Counted from the stretch's first letter, positions 19,396 to 31,000 are shown. The stretch is DNA of 64,000 nucleotides from Armatimonadota bacterium (GCA_036504095.1 DASXVS010000032.1:18690-82689); one strand, 5' to 3'. Numbers and translations are program-made. Notes: generated by a model from the letters alone, not told the origin.

Positions 19396-21183
19396 TCATG
19401 CCGGAGGCTCGTCCGCCGAAGCGATGCTATGCCATTGGGCGAAAAGGCCGGACGCCGCGAGAAGGTCGTGCGGAGTGCCTTCCTCCACGATGCGGCCATC
19501 CTGCACCACGATGATGCGGTCGGCCTCCAACACGGTGCTCAGGCGGTGCGCCACGATGACGGTTGTCCGGCCGCGCATGAGTTCGCGCCACGCCGCCACG
19601 ACCTCCCGCTCCGTGGTTACATCCAGCGCGGACGTTGGCTCGTCCAGTAGCAGCAACGGCGCGGCCTTCAGGAATGAGCGGGCGATGGCGATACGCTGAC
19701 GCTGCCCGCCGCTGAGCCCCGCTCCACCTTCCCCAAGCACCGTCTGGTAGCCCTCCGGCGTGTCTGCGATGAACTGGTCCGCGCTCGCCATCTTCGCCGC
19801 CGCGATGACCTCAGGCAACGTGGCGCTCATCCGCCCGTACCGGATGTTCTCCTCTATCGTACCCGGTACGAGCAGGGTGTCCTGCGTTACCACGGCAATC
19901 GTCTCGCGCAGGGATGTCAGCGTGAGGTCGCGCAGATCCCGGCCGCCAAGGGAGACGCTTCCCTGCTCCGGGTCATAGAAGCGGAGCAGGAGGCTCAGGA
20001 TGGTGCTCTTACCCGCGCCGGTCGGTCCGACGATGGCCACGGTCTCTCCCGGCGCCACCTGAAACGAGAGTCCATGGAGGACTTCGTCGCCGTCCGGGTA
20101 GGTGAAGTGCACATCGTCGAAAACGACCGTTCCGAGCGGCGGTCGCAACGTGGAGGCGTTCGGTTTCTCCACCACTTCGGGGACGCGTTCCAGGACTGCC
20201 CGCACCCGGCGGATGCCGGCCAGGGCGCTCTGCAGCCCACCCACCGTGGAACTGATGGTGTGCAGCGGTTCATAGACCGAGGCCAGGTAAGCGATGACGA
20301 CGAGCAACTGACCGACCGTCATCCGCCCGTTCAGAACGCCGTAGCCGCCCACCGTAATGATCACCGCCGTCCCCGCCGTCAGTACGAGGTCCAGGGTAAC
20401 TGTGAACAGCATCTCGCGCCGCGTGAGGGCGAGGCGTTCCTGCAGAGCCGTCTCTCCGCGCCCCTCGAACCGCTGCTGTTGTTCTCTCTCCCGTGCGAAG
20501 GCGACCACCAGCTTGATGGCGCTGAACGCCTCATGGATGGCGGAGTAAACATCAGATTCCTTTTCCCGCACGCGTTCGGAGTGGGCGGCCAGGTAGTGTG
20601 TGTTGTACCGTATGCAGAACAGGAGGAAAGGGATCACGCCCAGCGCGGCCAGGCTGGTGGAAGGGCTGATGCGAAACAGGACGGTGAACATGACCACAAG
20701 GGTGATGGACGCCGTGACAATCGGCATAATGCCTTCCGTAAGCAGGCTCGCGGGCGCATACGCATCCTCGCCCAGGGAGTACAGCGTGTCTCCAACGCTG
20801 TGCCGCTCGTGAAAGGCGAGCGAGAGCCGCTGAAACTGTTCGAACAGGCGCCGGCGCACGTCAAGGACAAGGCGCTGGTTCAGTTCCACCTGCCTGTAAA
20901 CGGTGATTGTGTTCAATCCGCTCGTCACAAGGCGGATGAGCAGCGTCGCGAGCGCCACGGCAACGACCTGCGCGAACCGGCTTTGGCCAAGGGACCGAAC
21001 GGACGCGGCGAGCCATGCCGGCCACGGGTGCCCGCCGAATACATTGTCCACGAGGAACTTCATCGGCCAGGGCACGAGCAAGCCCAATAACGACGACAGC
21101 ACGAAGAGCGCCGTCAGTGTCAACAGCCTTACCCGGAATGGCCGCAGAAGCCCCATCATCCAGGTTGAGAGGGGTAACTGCAT
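19396..21183 (-). CDS. ABC exporter, fused permease/ATP-binding (MsbA/ABCB-type).
   Basis: Six TM helices in the N-terminal region. Walker A GPTGAGKST, signature LSGGQRQRIAIAR, Walker B LLLLDEPTSALD. Confidence 0.9.
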   Translation of the reverse strand: MQLPLSTWMMGLLRPFRVRLLTLTALFVLSSLLGLLVPWPMKFLVDNVFGGHPWPAWLAASVRSLGQSRFAQVVAVALATLLIRLVTSGLNTITVYRQVELNQRLVLDVRRRLFEQFQRLSLAFHERHSVGDTLYSLGEDAYAPASLLTEGIMPIVTASITLVVMFTVLFRISPSTSLAALGVIPFLLFCIRYNTHYLAAHSERVREKESDVYSAIHEAFSAIKLVVAFAREREQQQRFEGRGETALQERLALTRREMLFTVTLDLVLTAGTAVIITVGGYGVLNGRMTVGQLLVVIAYLASVYEPLHTISSTVGGLQSALAGIRRVRAVLERVPEVVEKPNASTLRPPLGTVVFDDVHFTYPDGDEVLHGLSFQVAPGETVAIVGPTGAGKSTILSLLLRFYDPEQGSVSLGGRDLRDLTLTSLRETIAVVTQDTLLVPGTIEENIRYGRMSATLPEVIAAAKMASADQFIADTPEGYQTVLGEGGAGLSGGQRQRIAIARSFLKAAPLLLLDEPTSALDVTTEREVVAAWRELMRGRTTVIVAHRLSTVLEADRIIVVQDGRIVEEGTPHDLLAASGLFAQWHSIASADEPPA

Positions 21184-21419
21184 CTGAAATTACGCGACGC
21201 CTCGCCTCTACGGCGGATTGGCGTCTGAACCGACTTCATCATTTCATCTTAGACACCGTGCGGGCCGGCCGCGTTCACTCGCTGAGATGTGCCCCTCGCC
21301 CTTATGAACCTAGATCCATGTGACAATGGCGTCCGGAAACCACGGGTCAGGCCGCGTTCGTTTGTCGGCGGCGCCGTGACCGAAATCCGCATCAAGGGGC
21401 CGGTCACGGCGAGACGCTG

Positions 21420-24400
21420 CTAGAAGCTTGCTTCCATCCTGCCCTGAGCCTCCGGCCCGGCCGATTTCTCCAGCCGGCTCAGACGTTCTTCGAGACTCCC
21501 GTTCTGTGACTTCAGCGCCTCGATTTGCTTCTGCTGGTCCTTGATTGCCTCCACAAGGAGGGCATTCACGCGGCTGTAGTCCATTCCGGACACGCTGCCG
21601 TCACCGTTGGAGGCGACGACTTCCGGCAGGACCTTGCCCACCTCCTCGGCGATGAAGCCGATGTCGTGCGCGCCACCCTGCGCCGGCTTCCAGTCATAGT
21701 AAACACCCCGAAGCTTCTCCACCTTGGAAAGGGCATTGTCGATGGTGCGGACGTTGGTCTTCCATTTGGCTGATGAGTACGTGATCCAGCCGTTCGCCTG
21801 GCCCTTGCCGCTCTCATCGGAGATGTTCGGTAACTGAACACGGTAGTTCGGCCACGCGACGCCGAAGCCGGTGAAGCCGTTCCCGGGACGGACCACAACA
21901 CTGGGATCGCTTGCGGTCGTGGATGTGGTCTGGTACGTTCGGAACCAGCAGTCCCAGCCAGCATTGTTACTCGACCGGCCTCCCGGGTAGGTGCTGGTGA
22001 CGTTGGCCCTCCATCGGCCGCTGATATCCGGGTTGACGGAGATGGTATACACGTGTCCGGCCGCCATGGGGACCAGAGTGGCGAGCGGGTAGTATCTCCA
22101 CTCCACGTCGCCCGCGCCGCCGATTGTCTGATCGCTCAGAATGGTCCCAACTGTGCCTTCGCCATCGTAGATGCGCAGGCTGGCGGTCCAATTCGACGAT
22201 CCGTCGTTCGCGCCGAAGAAGATGGCAACTCCCGCGAGGTTGCCCGTGCTCCCGGTCGGCACCGCTGCGGTGAAGGACTGCCAAATGGCGCCGGTACCAT
22301 AGATGTAGCTCGGCAGGAGTGCGTTGTTCTCCTGGTCGAGGGTTACTGGAGTGTGGTAGATGGCGAGCGGGTTAACGACGCCGTCACCTTCGATCTGAAG
22401 GCGAGCCGTCGGATTCGTCAGCCCGATCCCGACGTTTCCATTGCCCTTGAAGCGGACGTTCTCCGTCAGCGCGCTGCTTTGTCCGTAGCCGAACGCGATG
22501 TCCGTGCCGGCGGTCTGGGAGTATATCTGCAGCAGGCTGCCCTGGATACCCAAGCCGTAGTGGTCGCCCGTGTTGCCGTACAGGCTGATCTTGTCGCCCA
22601 GGGTGTTCGGGAAGTTCAGCGGAAATCCTGGCGAACTGGTACCGAGGCCGATGCTGCCGCTCGGGAGAACGGTGAGGCGGCCCGCGTTTGCCGTCTGATC
22701 GACGAAGTTCCAGGAACCGTTGCTGGCGGTGTAGATGCCGTAGTTGCGGCCTGTCGCTGCCGTGTTGGTGAACTGCATGCCGGATCCCCATCCCGCTCCG
22801 GACGATGTGAGCTTCAACGCCAGGTTGTTGGTGGCGGCCTTGTCGATCTCCAGTCCGGCATCGGGAGTCGTAGTGCCGATGCCGATGTTCGTCAAGAGGG
22901 CTGTGGCCGCTCCGGCGGTTACCTTGGCGAGCGATGCTGCGTCTGAAGCGAGTTGTGCGCTGCCCACCGCATTGGCGGCAAGGTCCGCAGCCGCGACCGT
23001 CCCGTCCGCTATCTTGCCTGTGGTCACCGCTGAATCAGCGATCCGGTCGGTGACAACCTTGCCGGCCCCGATGGTGGGGTTAGGATATGTTCCTGTCAGG
23101 TCGCCACCCGCGGTGGCTCCAATGCCAACGGCGGCCGTCGTCTGCGTTTTTCCGTCCGGGAACTTCACGCCACCGATTGTGGCCTCGACCACCCCAGCCA
23201 CTGTTAGTTTGGACGACGGCGTCATCGTGCCGATGCCCACGTTGCCGGTATCGTCACGCACCAGCAGGGAGTGGCTCGGTGCCACACCGGCCGCCACGGT
23301 TACATAGGTTATGAAGTAGAAGTCAAAGTCGGAGGCAACGCCGTCATGATACGGTGTGCCGCGCGGATACGAGTTATCAGAAGACTTATTCGGTAGGACA
23401 AGCAGGCTGTCGATGGTAGTGACGTTGGAGATGTTCCACGTACAAACCTGGCCCAGTGTAACTGCGGGCGGGGTAGTGATCGGAAAGCTGAGATGGCCAA
23501 GGCTGTTTCCGGAGATGCGTTGTGAGGTGAGGAGGGTCCCACCCAGGCCCTCGCCATCATAGATCGAGAGCGTTGCCGACCAGGCTGACCAATCAGTGGT
23601 TCCCAGATAGAGTTCCAACCTTGTGAGTGTCCCTGACATCCCTACCGCGAAGGACTGGCCAAGTGACGCGAAGTTGGATGGAATCAGGTAGTTGCCGCTG
23701 ACCGTCTTCTGGGCCTGATCCTCATATTCCCCGGCCGCCACGTTCGGGTGCGTCACGACGTCCAGCGGGTCCTTCGGATTTGGAGAGGCGATGCCGACGG
23801 CTGACGGCCTCACCGTCATCGTATCCACGCTGTTGGCAGCGAGCCTCAGGATGCCGTCTCCTCCCCAGTTGAGGCCGGTGTCGGTATCGCCGACGGCCAG
23901 CGAAATGGCCGGGGCGGAAACACCAATGCCGACTTTACCGGTCACGGCGGCCATTGCGCCACCGGAAACCTTGAGCAGGGAGGTTTCATCGGTAGCAAGG
24001 TCCGGATTCGGATACGTGCCGGTGAGGTCGCCGCCCGCTGCGCCACTTGGCGGCAGGGTGGTAGGGATAGTCGGCGCGCCGGTCACCTTGCTCCAGGCCA
24101 TCCCAACGATCTTGGCGTCCGTCACCGCTCCGTCGGCGATCTTCGCCGTTGTTACGGCTCCGTCCGCGATGGTAAGGGCGTATGGGACGCTCGCCAGAGG
24201 CAGCCTGGGCGTCATCTCCGGATCGGCACCCATCGAGATACCTACCCAAAGCGGCTGGTTCAGTGGCACCGGAAGCGGGGTGATGGCGCCAAGCGTGGTT
24301 GAGACTATGCCATTGGAGGGAGCCAGTGTCTGTGTCTCGCTCCAGAGCGCGGTGCCGCCGGTCGTAACAGCGTACAGCGAGAAGGTGAAGGGTGCGGGCG

Positions 24401-24534
24401 TCGCCATCGGCTTGTCGGCAGAGGTCTTCACCTGTGCCTGGAAAGGAATCAGGCGCGGCACGTCGGCGCGCGCAAGGGACACGATACCGGGCAGGAGCGC
24501 AAATCCCGCCGCAAGCATGGGACGAAGTTTCATA
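21420..24534 (-). CDS. Secreted tail-fibre-like protein with a C-terminal peptidase S74 / chaperone-of-endosialidase intramolecular chaperone domain.
   Basis: I chose the start at MKLRPMLAAGFALLPGIVSLARA (signal) and rejected the 93-aa upstream extension. Repeated motifs N[VI]GIGT.TP.A.L.V. The C-terminus DNALSKVEKLRGVYYDWK...IGFIAEEVGKVLPEVV...MDYSRVNALLVEAIKDQQKQIEALK matches the S74 autoproteolytic chaperone domain of phage tail spikes. Confidence 0.75.
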
Positions 24535-25081
24535 GAGAACCTCCAGATCGCAATCAGGCGCGAGGAGGTCGTCCCTTTCGATGCCCAGAGTCGCTGGAGG
24601 ACGGCATTCGCGAGGACTGAGACAGATTCTAGCCTGCCCGGCTGCTGGAGGCAAGGTTGGCGGGTCAGTCCCTCGTCAGAGGTCAAAGCGGATGTGAGTC
24701 GATGGGAATTACGCCCTTGGGAAAACTCTCTGAAGGCAACACAAAAATCGTGGCAACAAAGCGCTATAATCGGTGTTCCGACATAAGAGTAACCATTCTG
24801 GCTTATCATTTACGCGTCTCCGAACCCCAGTTTGTGGCCGGTGCACTCCTCTTTCGTCCTGAACCGCTGCCCTCATTCAGCCGGCCGTCGGTCCACTGCG
24901 CGTGCGCCGCCGCGTTCAACGCCAGGCGTACCCGGCGATTGCGGTACCCGTGCGATTGCGGGATCAGTTTCGTCGCGTGACAGTGGGGCAACCAGAGGAC
25001 TTCAGTTCGCGCGCTGGAAGCGCTCAGCGGGGCATTCCCCTTTGAGCAGCCTGGTTCGCGACTGGTATCTATTCCAAGAAA

Positions 25082-28057
25082 GTGAGCTTCCGCATGAAGC
25101 ACTCATACTTTGTGGCGGGTAAGGCCATGGCGGGCCTCATCGTCTCGATGGCCATCGCAACGCCAGGATTTTGCGACGGGTTCCTCAACTTCACCTCCAA
25201 TCATTCCGTAAACGCCTACCCGAACGTTACGAACTCAACGCGGACCAACGGAACGGCATCCTCCAACGTGTGGGCGATCGCCTACATTGAGCCTCCGAAC
25301 GATTTCAACAACGGCTACCAACTCTGGCTCAACTACATCACCAGCGGCGCAAGCGGCGCCTTTACGAGCTTCGACTCCAGGCAGGTGCTGGAAGGCTCCG
25401 ATGCCAGCAATGTAGGCAACCCGGACAAGGCGCCGGCGATCCCCATCGCTCAGGGTGGCAGGATCGTCACGGACACCAACAGCGCGGCCACCCCGCCGAT
25501 CACGTCGCAGCGGCAGACGCTCACGAAGAGCATATACGTCCTTTGGATGGAGAAGAACGGCACCGCATCGCAACTGGTGTGTGCGCTCGTGAACGACGGG
25601 GTGCAGGAGCACCAGGCCGGACCTAACCAGACCAATATCTCTGTCGTCCATACGCTCGTCACGGGCCTCGTGCAGGGAGCGACAACCTTTGGAGCGGCGG
25701 CCCTCCCGGACGGCACGGGTTTCGTCACCATCACCGTCAAGCCGGCCAAGTCGATCTTTACGGTGACGTACTTCAAGTGGAACTCCAGCGTGGACACGTA
25801 TTCGCTGACACAGGCTTACCAGCAGGACTTCAGCCTCCCCGCCGGTCTGACGGCAGCGTACAACGGGAACATCGTCTGCGCGGTTACGCGAAACTACGAC
25901 CGCATGGCGCGCTGGTATCCCTACCGGCTCACGCTGGCTCTGGATCCGTGCGTCACAGGGAATTACGTCCAGACGAGAGATTATCGCCTGAACGACAAAA
26001 TGGTGGCGACATTCTATCCGCGGTATTTCCTCACCGTTGTGCCGAAGGACAACCAATGGCACTCGTTGGGCAATGCGGTGAACAACGGCAACAACGCGAC
26101 GAACCTCATCCCATGCGTAGACGGACGGCTCTTGGCCGCGGTCGGCGAGGCCTCGGGAATGACCCTCTACGCGCGCACCGGGTTCGACACCGGCACACAG
26201 CAGGCGACCTGGCAGGGCGCGGGGCAGGGTGAACTCCTGTTCCCCTACACGGACAGCCTCCCGGCGTTCATATATCGGCCGATGTTTCCCGGCGTCCCGC
26301 CGGCGGAAAACACCGACGTGAAGTTTCCGGTTGTGCGGGACATGATCGTCAAGAACGACGTCGGCAAGTCCGGGGTGGACCCGACGTATCTGGTGGCATA
26401 CGAGAAGAGCACCTCGGAACAAGCGCACCGCCTGCCGCTGTCTCCAACGGCAGGCTCGGTTGCGACCGTGCTTGGCATCGTGGATGGCCCGCCGCCCATA
26501 CCCAACGAGAACTTCCTCGTTGCATCGCCCAGCGATCCCCGGCCGTGGGATTTCGCAAAATCCGACGTTGCCTTCAACTGGACGCGCACCGCGTCCGTCG
26601 CGACCGATTCCGAGTATACGTCCTCGCTGAGCGTGGGTGTGGAGGCCACGGCGGGCGCCGAAGTTGGGGGTTTCTCCGCCGATGTAGAGCTCAGCGGTGA
26701 AGTGGCGTGGACGCACGGCGACTCGTTCTCCCGGAAGACGGGCGACACCGTCGAGCAGTTCGCCAAGTTCGCCAATTCGACAACCACGGACGCCAACGGG
26801 CGTGTCATCGTTACCCCCCTTGGGTCGCTCTATTGCGCCTACCAGACCTTCCGGGGGTACTCATACGAGTTCCTGGATGCCGGAAGCAACCAGATTCCCG
26901 GCGCGCAGGTGTACACGCAGGTATGGCCCGACGGTCCGCCCACCATTCAGGTGCTGGACTACTGGATGAACCCCAACGGGCGCCAGCCCGGACACCTGGA
27001 GAGCTACATCGTGGACGCGGCGTCCCGCAATGCGCTCGTCGCGCAAAACACGGTGAACTTCTCCGGGGCGACCACGACCAGCGATCCGTCCGGCGGCGGT
27101 GGAAACCACCTGTATTTCGGGTACACCGACTCGAACACTGTTGGAGACACGTGGGACCATTTCGTATCGGACGAATCGAAGACATCGGAAGGCATCAAAA
27201 TCGGTGAGGCGATCAAGGTGTCGGCGTCTTACGACTGGGACGTGGTCAAGGTAGGCGGGAGCGTCAGCGTAGCCCACGATTCGGAGACCACCCGATCCCG
27301 GACGACGTCGCAGGATACGAGCACCGGAATCGTTTCGGAGTGCGATGTAACCACAGACCGCGGCGTTCCCAACACCTACTACCACGAGTCATTCGAGACC
27401 TTTCTCCTGAAGGATGACAATCACTACCTTCAGGAACTCCTGAGCGACGATCCGAACGGCATCGGGCTGGTGACGCCAACATGGCCGCCGATCGGCTCCA
27501 CGATGCGCCAGGACAACGAAGCGATCAAGGCGTCCCTGATCCGCACATCCGCGCCGTGGAAGGTGACCTACATCCTCTCGGACACGCCGCTGAAGACGCA
27601 CAGCCTCCTCATTGGCACGGCAGCGCCCGCAGCCAGCGGCCTCGATGCGCCGCTGGTGGCGAAACTTCAGAAGTACGGTGTCACGACCACCGGCCTGGCC
27701 GATCTGCTCATCCAGAAGAAGGAGCAGATGATCGGCAGCGCCCCGCGGCTTATCACCAACCGGCCGTGGTACGAAGTGACCCGCGACGTGGAAGCGAAGG
27801 CCCAACGCCTGAACAGAAACATCCGTCGGTATTTCCCGGACTCCAGAGCCCTGAGTGCGGCTCTGAAGAGCCTGACCGTTGCCGATATCGCAGCGCTCCG
27901 ACGGTACCAGGCAGCATCCGACGCGCGGGACCGGCAGGCATTCCTCAGCGCACACCCTGTCCGCTACCCGGCGTACACTCCGCCGAGCATTATGGCGAAG
28001 CCTGCTATCCGCAACACCGGAGCCAGGTTTACGGAAATACCGCCCGCCGGGCAGTGA
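25082..28057 (+). CDS. Large secreted protein of unknown function (991 aa).
   Basis: Signal-like N-terminus MKHSYFVAGKAMAGLIVSMAIATP. No recognisable catalytic motif. Two Ser/Thr-rich stretches alternate hydrophobic and polar residues (SVGVEATAGAEVGGFSADVELSGEVAWT; IKIGEAIKVSASYDWDVVKVGGSVSVAH). Confidence 0.5.
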   Translation: MSFRMKHSYFVAGKAMAGLIVSMAIATPGFCDGFLNFTSNHSVNAYPNVTNSTRTNGTASSNVWAIAYIEPPNDFNNGYQLWLNYITSGASGAFTSFDSRQVLEGSDASNVGNPDKAPAIPIAQGGRIVTDTNSAATPPITSQRQTLTKSIYVLWMEKNGTASQLVCALVNDGVQEHQAGPNQTNISVVHTLVTGLVQGATTFGAAALPDGTGFVTITVKPAKSIFTVTYFKWNSSVDTYSLTQAYQQDFSLPAGLTAAYNGNIVCAVTRNYDRMARWYPYRLTLALDPCVTGNYVQTRDYRLNDKMVATFYPRYFLTVVPKDNQWHSLGNAVNNGNNATNLIPCVDGRLLAAVGEASGMTLYARTGFDTGTQQATWQGAGQGELLFPYTDSLPAFIYRPMFPGVPPAENTDVKFPVVRDMIVKNDVGKSGVDPTYLVAYEKSTSEQAHRLPLSPTAGSVATVLGIVDGPPPIPNENFLVASPSDPRPWDFAKSDVAFNWTRTASVATDSEYTSSLSVGVEATAGAEVGGFSADVELSGEVAWTHGDSFSRKTGDTVEQFAKFANSTTTDANGRVIVTPLGSLYCAYQTFRGYSYEFLDAGSNQIPGAQVYTQVWPDGPPTIQVLDYWMNPNGRQPGHLESYIVDAASRNALVAQNTVNFSGATTTSDPSGGGGNHLYFGYTDSNTVGDTWDHFVSDESKTSEGIKIGEAIKVSASYDWDVVKVGGSVSVAHDSETTRSRTTSQDTSTGIVSECDVTTDRGVPNTYYHESFETFLLKDDNHYLQELLSDDPNGIGLVTPTWPPIGSTMRQDNEAIKASLIRTSAPWKVTYILSDTPLKTHSLLIGTAAPAASGLDAPLVAKLQKYGVTTTGLADLLIQKKEQMIGSAPRLITNRPWYEVTRDVEAKAQRLNRNIRRYFPDSRALSAALKSLTVADIAALRRYQAASDARDRQAFLSAHPVRYPAYTPPSIMAKPAIRNTGARFTEIPPAGQ

Positions 28058-28092
28058 TCTGACACCCGCCGGTTGAAACGGAGACAAATCAG

Positions 28093-31000
28093 GTGAAACG
28101 AACTCATAAGAAACTAGGATATCTGGCAGCGTTGGCGGCGGCGTTGACGCTCGGTGGGGTCAGCCGTGCCGCTATTCGCGACATCCCCGGCAGCTACGCC
28201 AGCATCACGGATGCGGTGAATGCCGCCACGCCGGGCGACACGATCCGGTTTTCATCGCCGGGCACATTCCCCTCGATGACCGGAGGCATCACCAAGAACC
28301 TGGCCTTCGCCGGGCCCACGAACGGCCACGTGACTATCACGCCGCCGCTTGCCGGTGGCCGCGTATTCTCGATCGGCGCCGGCGTGACGGTGTCGTTTGA
28401 CCACGTGACCATCGACGGGGGCGTGCTCACGTCAGGCACCGACCGCGGCGCAGGCATATTGAACGCCGGAAACACGACCCTCACAAACTGCACCGTCAGC
28501 CACAACAGCGCGGCGGCATCGGGGGGCGCCATCTACAACAGCGGCGGCGCCGCGCTTTCGATGACGAACTGCACCATCGCCGGCAATACCGTCACCGGTG
28601 GCGCCACCATCGGTGGCGCGGCTATCAGCAACGGCGGGACCGTTGTGCTCGAAAACTGCACGGTCGCGTACAATACCAGCAACGGCGTAGCGGGAGGCCT
28701 GGACAATCGGAACAGCAATTCGTTCACGATCCAGAACACGCTGGTGGCCGGCAACACGGGAGGGAGCAACCCGGACGCCGCGGGGCCTTTCGCATCGCAG
28801 GACTACAACCTGGTGGGCAACGGCACAGGCGTAACGTTCACCGGCGCGACATCGCACAATCAGGTCGGGACAAGCGCGGCCCCCATCGATCCCCGGCTGG
28901 GCCCGCTTCAAGACAACGGTGGCGCCACCTTCACCGTCGCGCTCCTGCCCGGCAGTCCGGCCATCGACGCCATTCCCGGCGCGGCGCCCGCCAATTTCCC
29001 GGCAATTGACCAGAGGGATTCCGCTCGCCCCGTGGATGGTGGCGACGGCGACAACATACCCGAGGGTGATATCGGCGCCTATGAGGCGGATGCGCCCGTT
29101 GCATTCTTCGTTGCCACGACCGGCAGCGACTCCAACACGGGCGTGACGGCGAACCAGCCGCTGCGCAACATCGTGACGGCGATCAACCGGTCCGCTCTAT
29201 CGGGCGTTATCACCATCGCGCCGGGCACGTACACCGAAAACCTTGTGCTCCAAAAATCCGTGGCGCTGCAGGGAACGCCCGGCGCTGCATCCACCACCAT
29301 CATCCAGAGCATCAACGACGCAACGCGAAGGACCACCCTGGTGGTCTTCCCTGTAACGACGGTCTACCTGTCCGACCTCACGATCACCAACGGCCTCGCT
29401 CCAAGTACGGGCATCGGGTCGGGCGGCGGGGTGTTCAACGAGGGAACTCTGACTCTGCATCGGTGCACCGTCACCGGGAATACCGCCGCATACTCCGGCG
29501 GCGGCATCGTCAACTACCTCAATGGCACGATGTACCTCTCGGACTCGACGGTGAGCGGCAATTTCGCCGACCAGGCGGCCGGAATCGAAAACGACGGTCT
29601 CATGGTAATGAGCGGCTGCACCGTGTCCGGAAACAATGCCAACACCGGAGCGGGCGGCGGCATCGGCAACACCGATATCCTCACGATGACCAACTGCACG
29701 CTGAGCGGCAACTCAGCGGGCCAGGGCGGCGGTATCTACGCTGCCACAGGGTCAATCTACCTGCGCAACGTCACCATCAGCGGCAACACCGCCACGGACG
29801 GGGGCGGCATCGCCAATGTATCATCAACCTCCTTCCCGGACTCCGGACTGCTGAGTGATAACAGCGTCATTGCCGCCAACACGGCAACCACAGGGCCGGA
29901 TATCTCGGGAGAGTTCGTGAGCAACCTCGGCTACAATTTCATCGGCAGCCCCAAGGACGCGGTCATCACGTCCAAGCTGGTCGACCAGATCGGGACGGCG
30001 GCGATACCCCTCAAGCCCTATCTCGGGACCCTGGCGGACAATGGAGGGCCGACGCTCACAATCAACCCCCTGGTCGGCAGTCCGTTGATCGATACCGGCC
30101 CGTCGGGAGTTGCCGGCCCGGCGACGTTCCCGGATACGGATCAGAGAGGCGTGCCTCGGCCCATCGGTGCGAAGAGCGACATCGGGGCCGTTGAATATCA
30201 GCCGAGATTCATCGTCACCCGCACGGCCGATGACGCGTCCCCCGGATCGCTCCGCTGGGCGATCGCTCAGGCGAATGCGACTAACAACGCCGTGATCTCG
30301 TTCGCCATCGCGCCGATCGGCAGCGCCGGCGGGGTGAAGACGATTGTGCTCAGCGCAACATATGGCGGGCTGCCGGTGATCACCAGCAAGATATTCATCG
30401 ACGGATGGAGCCAGGGCGGCGTAACGTATTCGGGCACGCCGCTGATCGAGATCAACGGGCAGAACATTCCGTCATCGTTCGGCCTCAACGTTCAGGGTGC
30501 CGGCTGCGTGATCCGGGGCCTGGCGATCAACCGGATGCTGAACGTTTCCGGCAATGCCTTCGGAATCGGCCTGTTTAACTCAGGCACGAACGCCTGGATC
30601 TATGGCTGCGCTCTGGGTACCGATCCGAGCGGGACCATCGCGCTCGGCAACGGCCAGGGCGGAATCTGGGCCGGCGCGGGCGGCGCGTTGATAGGCTCCA
30701 ATATGGATGGCGTCAACGACGCCGCCGAAGCCAACATCATCTCGGGCAACGCGGTCGAGGGAATCCTGGTCACTTCGTCCGGCAACGTGATCGCCGGAAA
30801 TTCCATTGGCACGGACATCACCGGCGCATCCCAACTTGGAAATGGGGTGGGGCTGGCGTATGGCGGCGTGCGGGTGGAGAGCGGCACGGGCAATCGGATC
30901 ACGCAGAACTCAATCGCCTTCAACTACGGCCTCGGAATCGACCTCGGTGGCGACGGTGTCACCTTGAACGACCTCGGCGACGATGACGGAGGCGCCAACA

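Noticed and set aside
24535-24809. 92-aa upstream extension of the tail-fibre ORF (MISQNGYSYV...)
   Set aside because: It lies in the AT-rich intergenic region. A canonical signal peptide begins at the internal MKLRPMLAAGFALL.
25235-26716. 493-aa minus-strand ORF inside the 991-aa orphan gene
   Set aside because: The product is Arg/Gly/Pro-rich, the ORF overlaps 25082..28057 in full, and the plus-strand product has a signal peptide and ordinary, non-biased amino-acid composition.
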